40,368 nt of DNA from Deltaproteobacteria bacterium (GCA_016218805.1 JACRCW010000083.1:1-40368); one strand, 5' to 3'. Counted from the first letter of the stretch, positions 26,863 to 36,438 are shown. Translations and numbers: made by a program. The notes: a model not told the origin generated them from the sequence alone.

Positions 26863-27819
26863 TCAACACGCATCCAGCACCGCTAAGTTCCGCTCCGGGC
26901 GGCGGGGAACGGATGCGGGAATGCACTGGGCCACGCATTCCTCCAGCGCGCGCAGGATCGCGAGCTTCCAGTGATCGCGTCGATAGACGATGCTGATTTC
27001 CCGCGCCGGCACCGGCGCGCGGAACGGGCGGACGTGCGCATCACGCTCTTCCCGGGGCAGCCCCTGCGCCATCAGCGCAGGAATGAGCGTGTGACCCTGG
27101 CTGCCCCGCACCAGGCGGCGCAGCGTGTCCAGGCTGCCGCTTTCAAAACGCACGTTTCCCGGCACCACATCACCCTGACCGGGCACCGCGCAGAAGTTCA
27201 GCACCTGGTCCTTGAAACAGTGACCGTCCTGCAACAGCCACATCTCGGCGGGATCCAGCTGGTCCCGCGTGATGCGGTCGTGACGCAGCAGCGCGTGCCC
27301 GGCAGCAAAGTACGCAAGGAAAGGCTCGTAATACAGCGGGTGCACCTTCAGCCCGGTGGCCGCCACCGGCGTGGCCAGCACGGCGCCGTCAAGGCGGTCC
27401 CTGGCCAGCTCGTCCAGGATGGTCTCCGTCTTGGCCTCTTCAATCAGCAGGCGCACCCGCGGATGCGCGCGCGTGAAAGGCTTGAGGAGGTACGGCAGCA
27501 GGTGGCTGGCCACCGTGGGGATGATGGCAAGTTTGAAGTCACCGCTGGCGGACCCGTCCGGTGCCTGTTGGGCCACCTGCAGGAGGCGCTCGTATTCGCG
27601 CAGGACCGTGCGTGCCTGCTCAAGGAACTGGCGGCCCTCCGGCGTCACCAGGATGGGTTTCCGCGCGCGGTCAAACAGGACCAGGCGGACGTCGTCCTCC
27701 AGTTTCTGGAGTTGCTGGGAAAGCGTGGGCTGACTCACGTGGCAGGCCAATGCCGCCTTGCCAAAGTGCCGCTGTTCGTCGACGGCGAGGGCGTACTGGA
27801 GCTGGAGGAGCGTGGGCAT
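26863..27819 (-). CDS. oxyR: Hydrogen-peroxide sensor OxyR (LysR family)
   Basis: HFGKAALACHVSQPTLS HTH; LLQDGHCFKDQVLNFC containing both redox Cys; divergent from ahpC. Confidence 0.92.
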   Translation of the reverse strand: MPTLLQLQYALAVDEQRHFGKAALACHVSQPTLSQQLQKLEDDVRLVLFDRARKPILVTPEGRQFLEQARTVLREYERLLQVAQQAPDGSASGDFKLAIIPTVASHLLPYLLKPFTRAHPRVRLLIEEAKTETILDELARDRLDGAVLATPVAATGLKVHPLYYEPFLAYFAAGHALLRHDRITRDQLDPAEMWLLQDGHCFKDQVLNFCAVPGQGDVVPGNVRFESGSLDTLRRLVRGSQGHTLIPALMAQGLPREERDAHVRPFRAPVPAREISIVYRRDHWKLAILRALEECVAQCIPASVPRRPERNLAVLDAC

Positions 27820-27825
27820 CGTGTG

Positions 27826-27861
27826 ATAGGCTAACGCTATCGACCCATCACAACAAGTGAT
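27826..27861. promoter_or_regulatory. OxyR-type binding site
   Basis: ATAG-N7-CTAT (27826-27840) followed 6 bp later by ATCA-N7-TGAT (27847-27861) in the oxyR-ahpC intergenic region. Confidence 0.75.
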
Positions 27862-27914
27862 TTCACTTATGGCGTGCCCGGGCGCATCCTGCGGTCACCA
27901 AGGAGGCAGGACCC

Positions 27915-28481
27915 ATGAACACGCTCATCAACACTTCCATCCCCGATTTCAAGGTGCAGGCCTATCACGACGACGCATTCCGCACGGTCACCCGGGAGGA
28001 CCTGCGCGGGAAATGGTCCATCTTCTTCTTCTACCCGGCGGACTTCACGTTCGTGTGCCCGACGGAGCTGGGCGACATGGCGGACAAGTACGAAGCGTTC
28101 AAGAAGCTGGGCGTGGAGGTGTATTCCGTCAGCACCGACACGCACTTCACGCACAAGGCCTGGCATGACGCGTCGGAGACCATCAAGAAGATCCGCTACC
28201 CCATGCTTGCGGACCCCACGGGCCACCTGAGCCGCGCGTTGGGGGTCTACATTGAAGAGGAGGGGCTCGCGTACCGCGGCACGTTTGTGGTTGACCCGGA
28301 GGGGCGCATCAAGATTGCCGAGGTCAACGACAACGGCATTGGCCGCAACGCCGACGAACTGCTGCGGAAGGTGCAGGCCGCGCAGTTTGTGGCGTCCCAT
28401 CCCAACGAGGTGTGCCCGGCCCGGTGGACGCCCGGCGCCAAGACGCTGAAGCCGGGGTTGGACCTGGTGGGAAAGATCTGA
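27915..28481 (+). CDS. ahpC: Alkyl hydroperoxide reductase C (2-Cys peroxiredoxin)
   Basis: FYPADFTFVCPTE, EVCPA, C-terminal LDLVGKI; AGGAGG RBS. Confidence 0.97.
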   Translation: MNTLINTSIPDFKVQAYHDDAFRTVTREDLRGKWSIFFFYPADFTFVCPTELGDMADKYEAFKKLGVEVYSVSTDTHFTHKAWHDASETIKKIRYPMLADPTGHLSRALGVYIEEEGLAYRGTFVVDPEGRIKIAEVNDNGIGRNADELLRKVQAAQFVASHPNEVCPARWTPGAKTLKPGLDLVGKI

Positions 28482-28507
28482 ACGCACGGAACACGGAGGT
28501 GGACGCC

Positions 28508-30058
28508 ATGTTGGATGACGGCATCAAAGAACAACTCGCGGAGGTGTTGGGGCGCCTGGAGGAGGAGGTGGCGCTGCGCGTGCCGGAGAGCGCGCATTCC
28601 GAGCACGGTGAGTTGCTGGCCATGCTCCACGACGTGGCGTCCACCTCCGCGAAGGTGCGCGTGGACCAGATCACCGGCGGGGGGACCGACGCGCCGGTGG
28701 TGGTCCTGCACGGGCCGGCGAGCAATGGCGCCATCCGGTTCCGCGGTGTTCCCGGTGGTCACGAGTTCTCATCGTTGATCCTGGGCATCCTGTGCGCCGG
28801 CGGAAAAGGCCGACTTCCGGACCCGGGCATCCTGGGACGCATCCGGGCACTGAAGGGGCCCATCCGGCTGCGCACCTACGTGTCCTTGTCCTGCGAGAAC
28901 TGCCCGGACGTGGTGCAAGCCTTGAACCTGATGGCTACGGTGCACCCGGACTTCCACCACGAAACCGTGGACGGCGCGGTGGCCCGGTCCGAGGTGGAAG
29001 CGTTGGCCATCCAGGGTGTGCCGTCCGTGATTCACCAGGACACACTGCTCCACGCGGGCAAGGCGTCGCTCGCGGAGCTGCTCGCGGTCATGGAGCGCTC
29101 GTTCGGCACCACCGCCGGCCCTGCCGCGGCGGACCTCGGGCTGTTTGACGTTGTCGTCGTTGGAGGTGGCCCCGCCGGGGCATCCTCCGCAATCTACAGT
29201 TCACGCAAGGGACTGCGGACCGCCATGGTGGCGGAGCGGCTGGGCGGCCAACTGCGGGAAACGCGCGGAATAGAAAACATGATTTCCGTGGCTTACACGG
29301 AGGGCGCACAGCTGGCGGCTCAGCTGTCCGAACACGTGGCGCGTTACCCGGTGGAGGTGTTTGAGCACCGCCGCGTCTCACGCATTACCGGCGACACGGA
29401 GAAACGCATTGAATTGGAGAGCGGGGAAACCCTGCGTGCCCGGACGGTGATTGTCGCAACGGGCGCGCGCTGGCGGCAACTCGGCATTCCGGGAGAGCAG
29501 GAGTACATCGGGCGGGGCGTCGCGTTCTGTGCACACTGCGACGGGCCCTTCTACAAGGGCAAGAACGTCGTCGTCGTGGGCGGCGGCAATTCCGGGGTGG
29601 AAGCGGCGGTGGACCTCGCGGGCATCGCGCGGGAGGTGACACTGGTGGAATTCGCCGGGCAGTTGAGGGCGGACAGCGTGCTGGTACAGAAACTGACGGA
29701 ATTGCCCAACACCCGCATCATCACCCACGCCCGGAGCACCCAGGTGTTGGGTGACGGCAAGCAGGTGGTGGGCCTGGAATACGAGGACCGCCAGACCAGC
29801 GTGCGAACCACGCTCGCCGCGGACGGGGTGTTCGTGCAGATCGGGTTGTTGCCCAATTCCCAGTTCCTCAAGGATGACGTCCAGCTGGCGCCCACGGGGG
29901 AAATCATGGTGGACGGGTGCGGCCGCACCTCCGTACCCGGTATCTACGCCGCCGGGGACGTGACCACGATTCCGTTCAAACAGATCGTCATGGCGATGGG
30001 GGACGGCGCACGCGCGGCACTGGGCGCCTTTGAGGACCGGTTGCGCGCGACCCCGTGA
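28508..30058 (+). CDS. ahpF: Alkyl hydroperoxide reductase F
   Basis: PGGHEFSSL, SLSCENCPDVVQALN, GGGPAG, CAHCDGP, GGGNSG, YAAGDVT motifs. Confidence 0.96.
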   Translation: MLDDGIKEQLAEVLGRLEEEVALRVPESAHSEHGELLAMLHDVASTSAKVRVDQITGGGTDAPVVVLHGPASNGAIRFRGVPGGHEFSSLILGILCAGGKGRLPDPGILGRIRALKGPIRLRTYVSLSCENCPDVVQALNLMATVHPDFHHETVDGAVARSEVEALAIQGVPSVIHQDTLLHAGKASLAELLAVMERSFGTTAGPAAADLGLFDVVVVGGGPAGASSAIYSSRKGLRTAMVAERLGGQLRETRGIENMISVAYTEGAQLAAQLSEHVARYPVEVFEHRRVSRITGDTEKRIELESGETLRARTVIVATGARWRQLGIPGEQEYIGRGVAFCAHCDGPFYKGKNVVVVGGGNSGVEAAVDLAGIAREVTLVEFAGQLRADSVLVQKLTELPNTRIITHARSTQVLGDGKQVVGLEYEDRQTSVRTTLAADGVFVQIGLLPNSQFLKDDVQLAPTGEIMVDGCGRTSVPGIYAAGDVTTIPFKQIVMAMGDGARAALGAFEDRLRATP

Positions 30059-30125
30059 CGCCGGGCCGCGCACACCGGCAGCAAGCCGCCACGGTCCACA
30101 TGGTTTCCCGCGCGTGCCGTGGCCA

Positions 30126-30173
30126 TTGACGGGGCCGCGGACCGCGCCTATGTTTCGATACATGTCGAAACAT
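30126..30173 (+). promoter_or_regulatory. Sigma70 promoter with overlapping palindromic ArsR-type operator
   Basis: TTGACG (30126-30131)-N17-TATGTT (30149-30154); perfect inverted repeat ATGTTTCGA-N6-TCGAAACAT (30150-30173). Confidence 0.8.
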
Positions 30174-30536
30174 CGAACCATGCCCCTGGACCGGCTGGCG
30201 GCCATGTTCAAGGCGCTGTCTCACCCGCAGCGCCTGAAGATCATCCAGAAGCTGTGCGGGTGCTGCGCACCGGGGGCCGCGTGCACCACCCGGGCAGACG
30301 GGTTGCGCTGTTGCGCCGGGGACCTGGGCGCGGACCTGGGGTTGGCCGCATCCACGGTGTCCCATCACCTCAAGGAACTGCGCCAGTGCGGCATCATGGA
30401 GGTGCAGCGGTGCGGACAGCGGGTGGAGTGCTGGATCAACCCCGCGGCGCTTGGCCAGCTGACCGCGTTCCTGGCCGGGGCGGTCTCCATGCACCCCGCA
30501 GCGACGGGAGGCGGCCATGGTCGTTCCAAGCGGTAG
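30162..30536 (+). CDS. Cys-rich ArsR/SmtB-family regulator upstream of hgcA
   Basis: MFKALSHPQRLKI, CAGDLG, LAASTVSHHLKELRQCG; 9 Cys. Start at 30162 or 30180. Confidence 0.9.
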   Translation: MSKHRTMPLDRLAAMFKALSHPQRLKIIQKLCGCCAPGAACTTRADGLRCCAGDLGADLGLAASTVSHHLKELRQCGIMEVQRCGQRVECWINPAALGQLTAFLAGAVSMHPAATGGGHGRSKR

Positions 30537-31587
30537 CGCGCTCAGCACGCACTTCACGGACGGCGCGGTGGACGCGGCGGGCGTCCAGGTGCCGCGCGTG
30601 CGCACGGCGCTGACGTGGAGGGACCACTGGGGCACGCTGCTGGCGCGCTGGGCCATCCACCGCATGGACTACCGCGTGGCCCCGGGGTTGTACGCAGCGG
30701 GAACGCCGGATGCGACGTCACCGGTGCTCGTCTCAGCCAACTACAAGATGAGCTTTGACTGCGTCCGGTCGGCGCTCGCGGGCCGCCACGCGTGGCTCCT
30801 TGTCCTGGACACGGCGGGCATCAATGTGTGGTGTGCCGCGGGCAAGGGCACGTTTGGCACGGACGAGTTGGTGCGGCGGGTGGCGGATACCGGGCTGGAC
30901 CGCGTGGTGTCCCACCGCAAACTGGTGGTGCCGCAATTGGGTGCACCCGGCGTGGCCGCGCATGAGGTGCGCCAGCGTTGCGGGTTCCGAGTCATGTACG
31001 GACCTGTTCGGGCGGAGGACCTGGCCGCGTTCCTGGACGCCGGGATGAAGGCGTCGCCGGAGATGCGGCAGGTGCGCTTCAACCTGCGCGACCGGATGAC
31101 GTTGAGCCCCGTGGAGTTGATGCAGGGATACAAGGTCGTCCTGCCGGTTGCCGCGGTATTGCTGCTGCTCGGCGGCCTGCGGTCCAGCGGGTGGTCCTGG
31201 GACGCGGCCCGCCAGACGGGCGGATTGGCGGCGCTGCTGCTCTTTGCTGCTTTTACCGGTGCCGCAGTGCTGGGTCCCGCGCTGTTGCCTTGGCTTCCCG
31301 GCCGGGCCTTTTCGGTCAAAGGCGCAATGCTGGGCGTGGCGTTTGCTGCGCTGCTGCCGCTGACGGGTGGGGCAGGTTCCCCGTGGCACACGGCCGCGTG
31401 GGCGTTGCTCATCCCAGCCCTGGCCAGCTTTGCGCTGATGAACTTCACGGGTGCCACCACGTTCACCTCGCTCAGCGGCGTGCTGGCGGAGATGCGGCGG
31501 GCCGTGCCCGTGCAGGTGACCGCGGCCGTGGTGGGCCTGGGCTTGTGGGTCGCGGGTCTTTGGCTGGATGGAGGGCCGACCACGTGA
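30517..31587 (+). CDS. hgcA: Mercury methylation corrinoid protein HgcA
   Basis: PGLYAAG, SPVLVSANYKMSFD, cap helix GINVWCAAGKGTFGT, PQLGAPGV, YGPVRAEDL, plus C-terminal TM domain ending MNFTGATTFTSLSGVLAEM. Confidence 0.97.
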   Translation: MVVPSGSALSTHFTDGAVDAAGVQVPRVRTALTWRDHWGTLLARWAIHRMDYRVAPGLYAAGTPDATSPVLVSANYKMSFDCVRSALAGRHAWLLVLDTAGINVWCAAGKGTFGTDELVRRVADTGLDRVVSHRKLVVPQLGAPGVAAHEVRQRCGFRVMYGPVRAEDLAAFLDAGMKASPEMRQVRFNLRDRMTLSPVELMQGYKVVLPVAAVLLLLGGLRSSGWSWDAARQTGGLAALLLFAAFTGAAVLGPALLPWLPGRAFSVKGAMLGVAFAALLPLTGGAGSPWHTAAWALLIPALASFALMNFTGATTFTSLSGVLAEMRRAVPVQVTAAVVGLGLWVAGLWLDGGPTT

Positions 31588-31877
31588 GGTACATCGAGGA
31601 CGTTGTCACGCTGGAACTGGACGTGGACCGGTGCAATGGCTGCCGCATGTGCCTGCGCGTGTGCCCCCACGCCGTGTTCCAGATGAGCGGCAAACGCGCC
31701 GTCCTGCATGACCGCGGGGCATGCATGGAGTGCGGCGCCTGCGCCCGCAACTGCGAGCAGGGCGCCATCCGCGTTCGCGCGGGCGTGGGTTGCGCCGCCG
31801 GCGTCTTGGCGGGCCTGGTGGGCGGCAGCGAACCCAGTTGCGGCTGCTCCGTCGACAAACCATCCGGGTGTTGCTGA
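31584..31877 (+). CDS. hgcB: Mercury methylation 2[4Fe-4S] ferredoxin HgcB
   Basis: GTGA overlap with the hgcA stop; CNGCRMCLRVCPHAVF, CMECGACARNC, GVGCA and C-terminal CGC...CC. Confidence 0.96.
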   Translation: MRYIEDVVTLELDVDRCNGCRMCLRVCPHAVFQMSGKRAVLHDRGACMECGACARNCEQGAIRVRAGVGCAAGVLAGLVGGSEPSCGCSVDKPSGCC

Positions 31878-32124
31878 GCGGCCCGACTGGGGGGGCGAGA
31901 TCCCGCGGTTCAACGCCGCCGCCGGAAACCCGCCAGAAACGCAAGGCCGGCGCAAATCGGCAAGATTCCTCCAGACAGAACACCGCTGGCGGCGCACCCG
32001 CAGCCCGCCCATGGTCGCTCGTCGTGAGAATTGTCCGGATACCCCCGCGCGAACGGTTGGGCCTCCATGGGGACCAGGATCGCTCCCTTCCGCGCCGCCC
32101 GCATCGTCGGAGGTAGCCCGGGAA

Positions 32125-33300
32125 TCAGAACGGCATGGACGTGTCACACGGGTGCCAGACGGCGAACGGGTCCAGACCGCGCCCGTTGGGGGTCAAATCG
32201 GCCTGTGTGGTGTGCTTCAGCGTGCGCCGGTTGTTCCAGAGTTCAAAGCCCATGAACGAAGGAAACCGCCAGGCCATCTCAACGTCCGCCGCCTGCCACG
32301 TGCCGCCGTTGATGAACGTGGACAGCGCACCTCTGGGATGTGCCGCGTAGCTGATGGCACCAAGGCGGGTAACCAGGTCATTGGCCCGGGCCACGGACGG
32401 CATGAACGCGCCAAGGCACTCCATCGGCCAGGCGCCCCCTGACGCGGAGGATTCCACGTATCCGCCGCCGAACTCGAGCATATGGATGGTCTTCTCGTCG
32501 GCCGATTTCACGTTGATTTCTTCACCGGTGACGATGACAAACGGCCGGCGCGCAGCCACCCAGGACATCGCATCTTCGGCGTCGCTGGTCATGGCGTGCC
32601 AGGGGTCGTTGAAATCACCCTGCCCGGCGGAGTGGTCACGCACCACACAAGACAGGCCACCGCCGGTGGCTTCACAGTGCGTGAACCGCGCCACGCGCGA
32701 CGACGTCTTCTCGAACCCCGGTGCCGAATAGCAGGGATCATCCAAGTCACAGGAGTGATTCGTGGTGATTGCCCATCCAGCCCCAGGGCTTCGCCGGCGT
32801 TGGCCATGCTCCGGTGCGGCAGGCCAAACTCCGCCCAGTTGTTGGTGTACAGCGTGTGCGAGTGCGCGTCTCCGGCGTACCACGCCCCGAATTGGCCACG
32901 CCCCTGGGGGAGCGGCGCCTCCCCACGTGGACGCGCAGGCGGACGACGTAGTGCGGGTTGCGCTCGCAGCCGTCCGCATGGAGATCCACCGGAAATCCAG
33001 GTCCCTCCCCGTGGCGTCAGCACCCCAGACCCGCCGGGGCGTGATGAGTTCGCCATCAGCCGCCATCCCTTCATTGCCGGTGAAGCGGCGGAGCTCCGCC
33101 ACAAACATGCCCGCGGTCTCCTCCGCTGCCGCCAGGTCCACGCCGCCAAAGTTCCGGGACGCAACGTTGACCCAGTCGTTCTTCAACACCCGGATGCGGG
33201 CGGAGCGGAGGCGCAGCTCGCGGCAGCGGTCGGCATCCGCCGCAATGATGGAGAATGGAATGAGATCCTGTTCGCGCGGGTCCTTCCCGGTGAGGGCGCC
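32125..33300 (-). pseudogene. Frameshifted, truncated PHP-fold (CehA/McbA-like) metallohydrolase
   Basis: WYAGDAHSHT...GLD in one frame; WAITTNHSCD, GEEI, IHML, YAAHP, FELWN in another; apparent 1-bp deletions near 32990, 32922 and 32776; no terminal GxSDxH motif. Confidence 0.7.
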
Positions 33301-33436
33301 ATGCCACGCCAGTGACGCAAGCCGCGCAGCGCCGCAGCACTCCGGGCCGCGCGCCAGCAACAACTTCAACTGCTGCACGAGCATGGCGGCCGCCCGGGCG
33401 CCGGATGCCTATTCTGCGATCCGAAGGGAGGTTGTC

Positions 33437-33745
33437 ATGAGTTCGCGCATCAGAGGTGCCGTAGGGGTCTTCGCGGCCATCCTGCTGCCGCCGGTCTCAG
33501 CATTCGCGCAGGCATCACCAGACCCGTTTTCCATGGGCGGCCTGGTCGGTGGCGCCATGTGGTCGTCCGTCGCGCTGGCGGGCACACTGTTGTTGGTGGC
33601 CGCCGCCGTCGTGGCGGTGGTGGCGGTGCCGTGGTTGAGGAAAGGCGGTCGCAGCCCGTGGGAGCAACGCCGCGCGCGGCGAATGGACAACACCGTCTGG
33701 ACACCGGAGCAGCGCCTGGCCGCAAGAGCCCGCGCGAAGCCGTGA
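33437..33745 (+). CDS. Small membrane protein with signal peptide
   Basis: GGAGG RBS; signal peptide ending AFA; one TM helix; basic tail. Confidence 0.55.
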   Translation: MSSRIRGAVGVFAAILLPPVSAFAQASPDPFSMGGLVGGAMWSSVALAGTLLLVAAAVVAVVAVPWLRKGGRSPWEQRRARRMDNTVWTPEQRLAARARAKP

Positions 33746-33854
33746 CGTCAGGGCGGACTTATCCGGTGCGGCCCAATCCGCCCGCACCGTGAGCCGGGCG
33801 ACCGTTCGCCCGCGAGTGACGCGCTTGTGATCCGGCTGGATAGAAGACGGCTCG

Positions 33855-34247
33855 TCAGACGCCGTGTGCTCGCTGCGGAAGGCCGTCGGTGATGTCGTAG
33901 TAGTCGCCCTTGTCGGCAGCGTGGACGTGGATGCACGTCCGCGTGCCGGTAGGTCCGTCAAAGGCCCCCATGGCAATCCCTATCCAGTCCTTGTCCACGT
34001 GGTCCCAGAACAGCGATGAGCCGCACGTGGCACAGAACCCGCGGCGCACCCGCTCCGTGAAGAACCAGGACACGTGTTCGGCGCCCCGCACGGTGACCGC
34101 GGTCCGGGGCACGTCTGTGGAAACAAAGTAATGGCCGGAGAATTTCCGGCATTCGCGGCAGTGGCAGGCATCGGGCGGGGCAAGCTCACCCGTGACCGCC
34201 AACGTCACCTTGCCGCACAAGCAGGACCCTTGGAGCGTCGCGTTCAT
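33855..34247 (-). CDS. GFA/CENP-V family zinc protein
   Basis: GSCLCGKV, CHCRECRK, RGFCATCGSSLFW motifs. Confidence 0.93.
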   Translation of the reverse strand: MNATLQGSCLCGKVTLAVTGELAPPDACHCRECRKFSGHYFVSTDVPRTAVTVRGAEHVSWFFTERVRRGFCATCGSSLFWDHVDKDWIGIAMGAFDGPTGTRTCIHVHAADKGDYYDITDGLPQRAHGV

Positions 34248-34411
34248 GCTCGTTCTCTCCCTCCGCGTTGTCCCAGCCCAACAACTCGACGTTGAAGCAC
34301 TGCGTGAGTGACGTGAAAGTAATACGCGGGTTCCTTGTTCACCAGCCAGCTGCAGGCCTCGCCATGAAGTCGTCGTTTGCGCCACGCCGACCGCGCCGGC
34401 GGCCGACCCGC

Positions 34412-35374
34412 TCACTTCCCCGACGCCATGACCTCGGCTGCCAGGTCCGCTGCGGCGTTGAACGTGTGCGCCTCACAGGAGTCGGACTGCAGTGTTTCCG
34501 TACATGCGTAGCGCATGGCCTTCTTCCGCGATGCGACAAGACCCGTGCGGAACGCGAACCGATCCACGCGGATGTCCGCCGTTGCCGCCGTGGCACCGCC
34601 AGGCAGGCCCATCCTGAGGTCCACCACCACGACGAGAAGCTCAAGCGCCGTGGAGGAGCGCAGCAGCTCGCGCGCCACGTTCTCGTCCAGAGACCCGTCG
34701 TGCTTCAGCAGGCGCTCCGTGATGGAATCGCCCGGTGGCTTCGGCGGCCCAAGGCCGCGGCGCCCGAGCGCCTTTGTGGTGCGCTGCAGCAGCACATCCG
34801 CATACGGGTCCAAGCGGGTGGGTTTTGTCAGCCGGCCCACCTGCCACGCCTGCCCGGCGCCGTCCCGCACCAGCGATGCGACCACCACGCCCTGCGCGCG
34901 AGCCGGTGGCTCCGCCGACAGAAACGCGGAACTGCGGGTAATGCTCCCCGCGACCTTCCGGTACACGGCGGCGAGACCTGCGCCGGGGTCGCTCACCGGC
35001 CGCTGGATGGTCTCTGATGCGAGGACCTTCTGCGTCCCCAACTCCACCAGTTGGATGGTGATGTACGCGGTATCGCCCACGCTCATCGCTTCGGTCTGGA
35101 GCAGCAGTGACACCCCCGCCTGCTTCGCCACGTCGGCGTCACAACTGGTGTCGCGGCAGGCCGCGTCCTGCCCCATCGCGGTGGAGAAGACGCCGAGCTC
35201 CTCAGGCGCCACCACCTTCATGCGGCTTCCCGAGACGGCGGACCGCGCGGCGGCCACCGCAGCGTCGTCAAGCTGGCCGCGCGCAGCCTGGGGCATGGTG
35301 CCGCGCGCGGGCGCCACGGCAACCGCGGACTCCTGCGGCGCAGCAATGAGCAATGAAAGCAGCGAAATGAGCAT
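34412..35374 (-). CDS. Secreted hypothetical protein with a CsgG/TolB-N-like domain
   Basis: Hydrophobic leader; CRDTSCDADVAKQAG...ITIQLVELGTQKVLAS pattern resembling myxobacterial CsgG-like domains. Confidence 0.55.
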   Translation of the reverse strand: MLISLLSLLIAAPQESAVAVAPARGTMPQAARGQLDDAAVAAARSAVSGSRMKVVAPEELGVFSTAMGQDAACRDTSCDADVAKQAGVSLLLQTEAMSVGDTAYITIQLVELGTQKVLASETIQRPVSDPGAGLAAVYRKVAGSITRSSAFLSAEPPARAQGVVVASLVRDGAGQAWQVGRLTKPTRLDPYADVLLQRTTKALGRRGLGPPKPPGDSITERLLKHDGSLDENVARELLRSSTALELLVVVVDLRMGLPGGATAATADIRVDRFAFRTGLVASRKKAMRYACTETLQSDSCEAHTFNAAADLAAEVMASGK

Positions 35375-35469
35375 GGCGGCGAACATCGCAGCGGCTGCCG
35401 GCGATGGCAACCTGGGCGACACGCGCCCATGGGCCCCGTTGCGTGTTGCCACACCCGCGCGTCTGCCGT

Positions 35470-36438
35470 TCACCGCCGACGGACGCACTCCAACAGCAAT
35501 TCGCCGAGATCACGCCCGCGCAGCTGCTCCCGCCACGGGCAGCCGGTGGCTTCCAGCAGCCGGGCAAGACCATGCCCGGTGGCGTAGTAGAACTCGCCGT
35601 CCGTCACGCCCAGCCAACGGTCCATGCGCGCCGCCGCGGGTTCCGGCTGCCAGTGCGGAATCAGGTCCGCCAGAATCCCGGCATGGTCGTCCAGCGTTTC
35701 CTCAACCAGGCGGGCGGTGCCTTCCATGCGCTCCAGGGCACGCTCCGCGTCCCGCGCACCGTGGAGGCGGGCCGCACGCAACGCCACCAGCGGTTCCACG
35801 TCCGCGACTTCCAGCGCATGGCCGTCGGCCAACCGCTGCAACAGCGCCTTCACCCGCGCACGCTCGGCGTCGACGCTGCTGCGGAGTGCACCGCTGTTGT
35901 AGGCGTCCATCAGGGACCGCCGCGCCGCCTGCGTAGCCGCAAGCAGGTCCTCCTCCCAGCGGGGATCCTGCATCTGAAATGCGTGGAAATACTCATGCGT
36001 GAAGATGGCGGCCCACACCACGCGGGGGAACGGCGCCAGCCCTGGCTCCACAATGGTGAACGTGATGGACCCGTTGATGCGGTCGGCGGACGCAAAGAAC
36101 CGTGGGGAAAGGAAGGATTCGCGGGTGCCATCTGGACGGGTCAGGGACGGCGCACGGAACATGGGACCCAGCGATGACGGAAACGCGTGCGGCGCATACC
36201 CGGGCGGCGGCGCGTCGGCGCGGAATTGCCACTGCTCGTGGCGCCCCACGACGACAAACGGCACCTTTCCAGGCACCCAATCTGGCCAGGCTACGCGCGC
36301 GACGCGCGCAGCAACGCGCAGCCCGAGCTCCGCGTCCGCCAGTACGCCCGCCGACGGGCGGGGCGGAGTGGACCGCGCGCCGCAACCGGTGACCAGCAGC
36401 ATGACGAACCAGGGAACCAGGCGCTTCCGGTCATGCAT
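35470..36438 (-). CDS. Lipoprotein with gluzincin-like metallopeptidase motifs
   Basis: LVTG-C lipobox; HEYFH (HExxH), downstream EGTARLVE and YYATG. Confidence 0.7.
   Translation of the reverse strand: MHDRKRLVPWFVMLLVTGCGARSTPPRPSAGVLADAELGLRVAARVARVAWPDWVPGKVPFVVVGRHEQWQFRADAPPPGYAPHAFPSSLGPMFRAPSLTRPDGTRESFLSPRFFASADRINGSITFTIVEPGLAPFPRVVWAAIFTHEYFHAFQMQDPRWEEDLLAATQAARRSLMDAYNSGALRSSVDAERARVKALLQRLADGHALEVADVEPLVALRAARLHGARDAERALERMEGTARLVEETLDDHAGILADLIPHWQPEPAAARMDRWLGVTDGEFYYATGHGLARLLEATGCPWREQLRGRDLGELLLECVRRR

Noticed and set aside
30059..30160. Cobalamin riboswitch upstream of the hgc operon
   Set aside because: The spacer is only about 100 bp, is occupied by the promoter/operator, and shows no B12-box.
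30517..31587. HgcA as merely an AcsC/CdhE (CFeSP) paralogue or a fused HgcAB
   Set aside because: It has the NVWCAAGK Cys cap helix, a C-terminal TM domain and a separate downstream hgcB.
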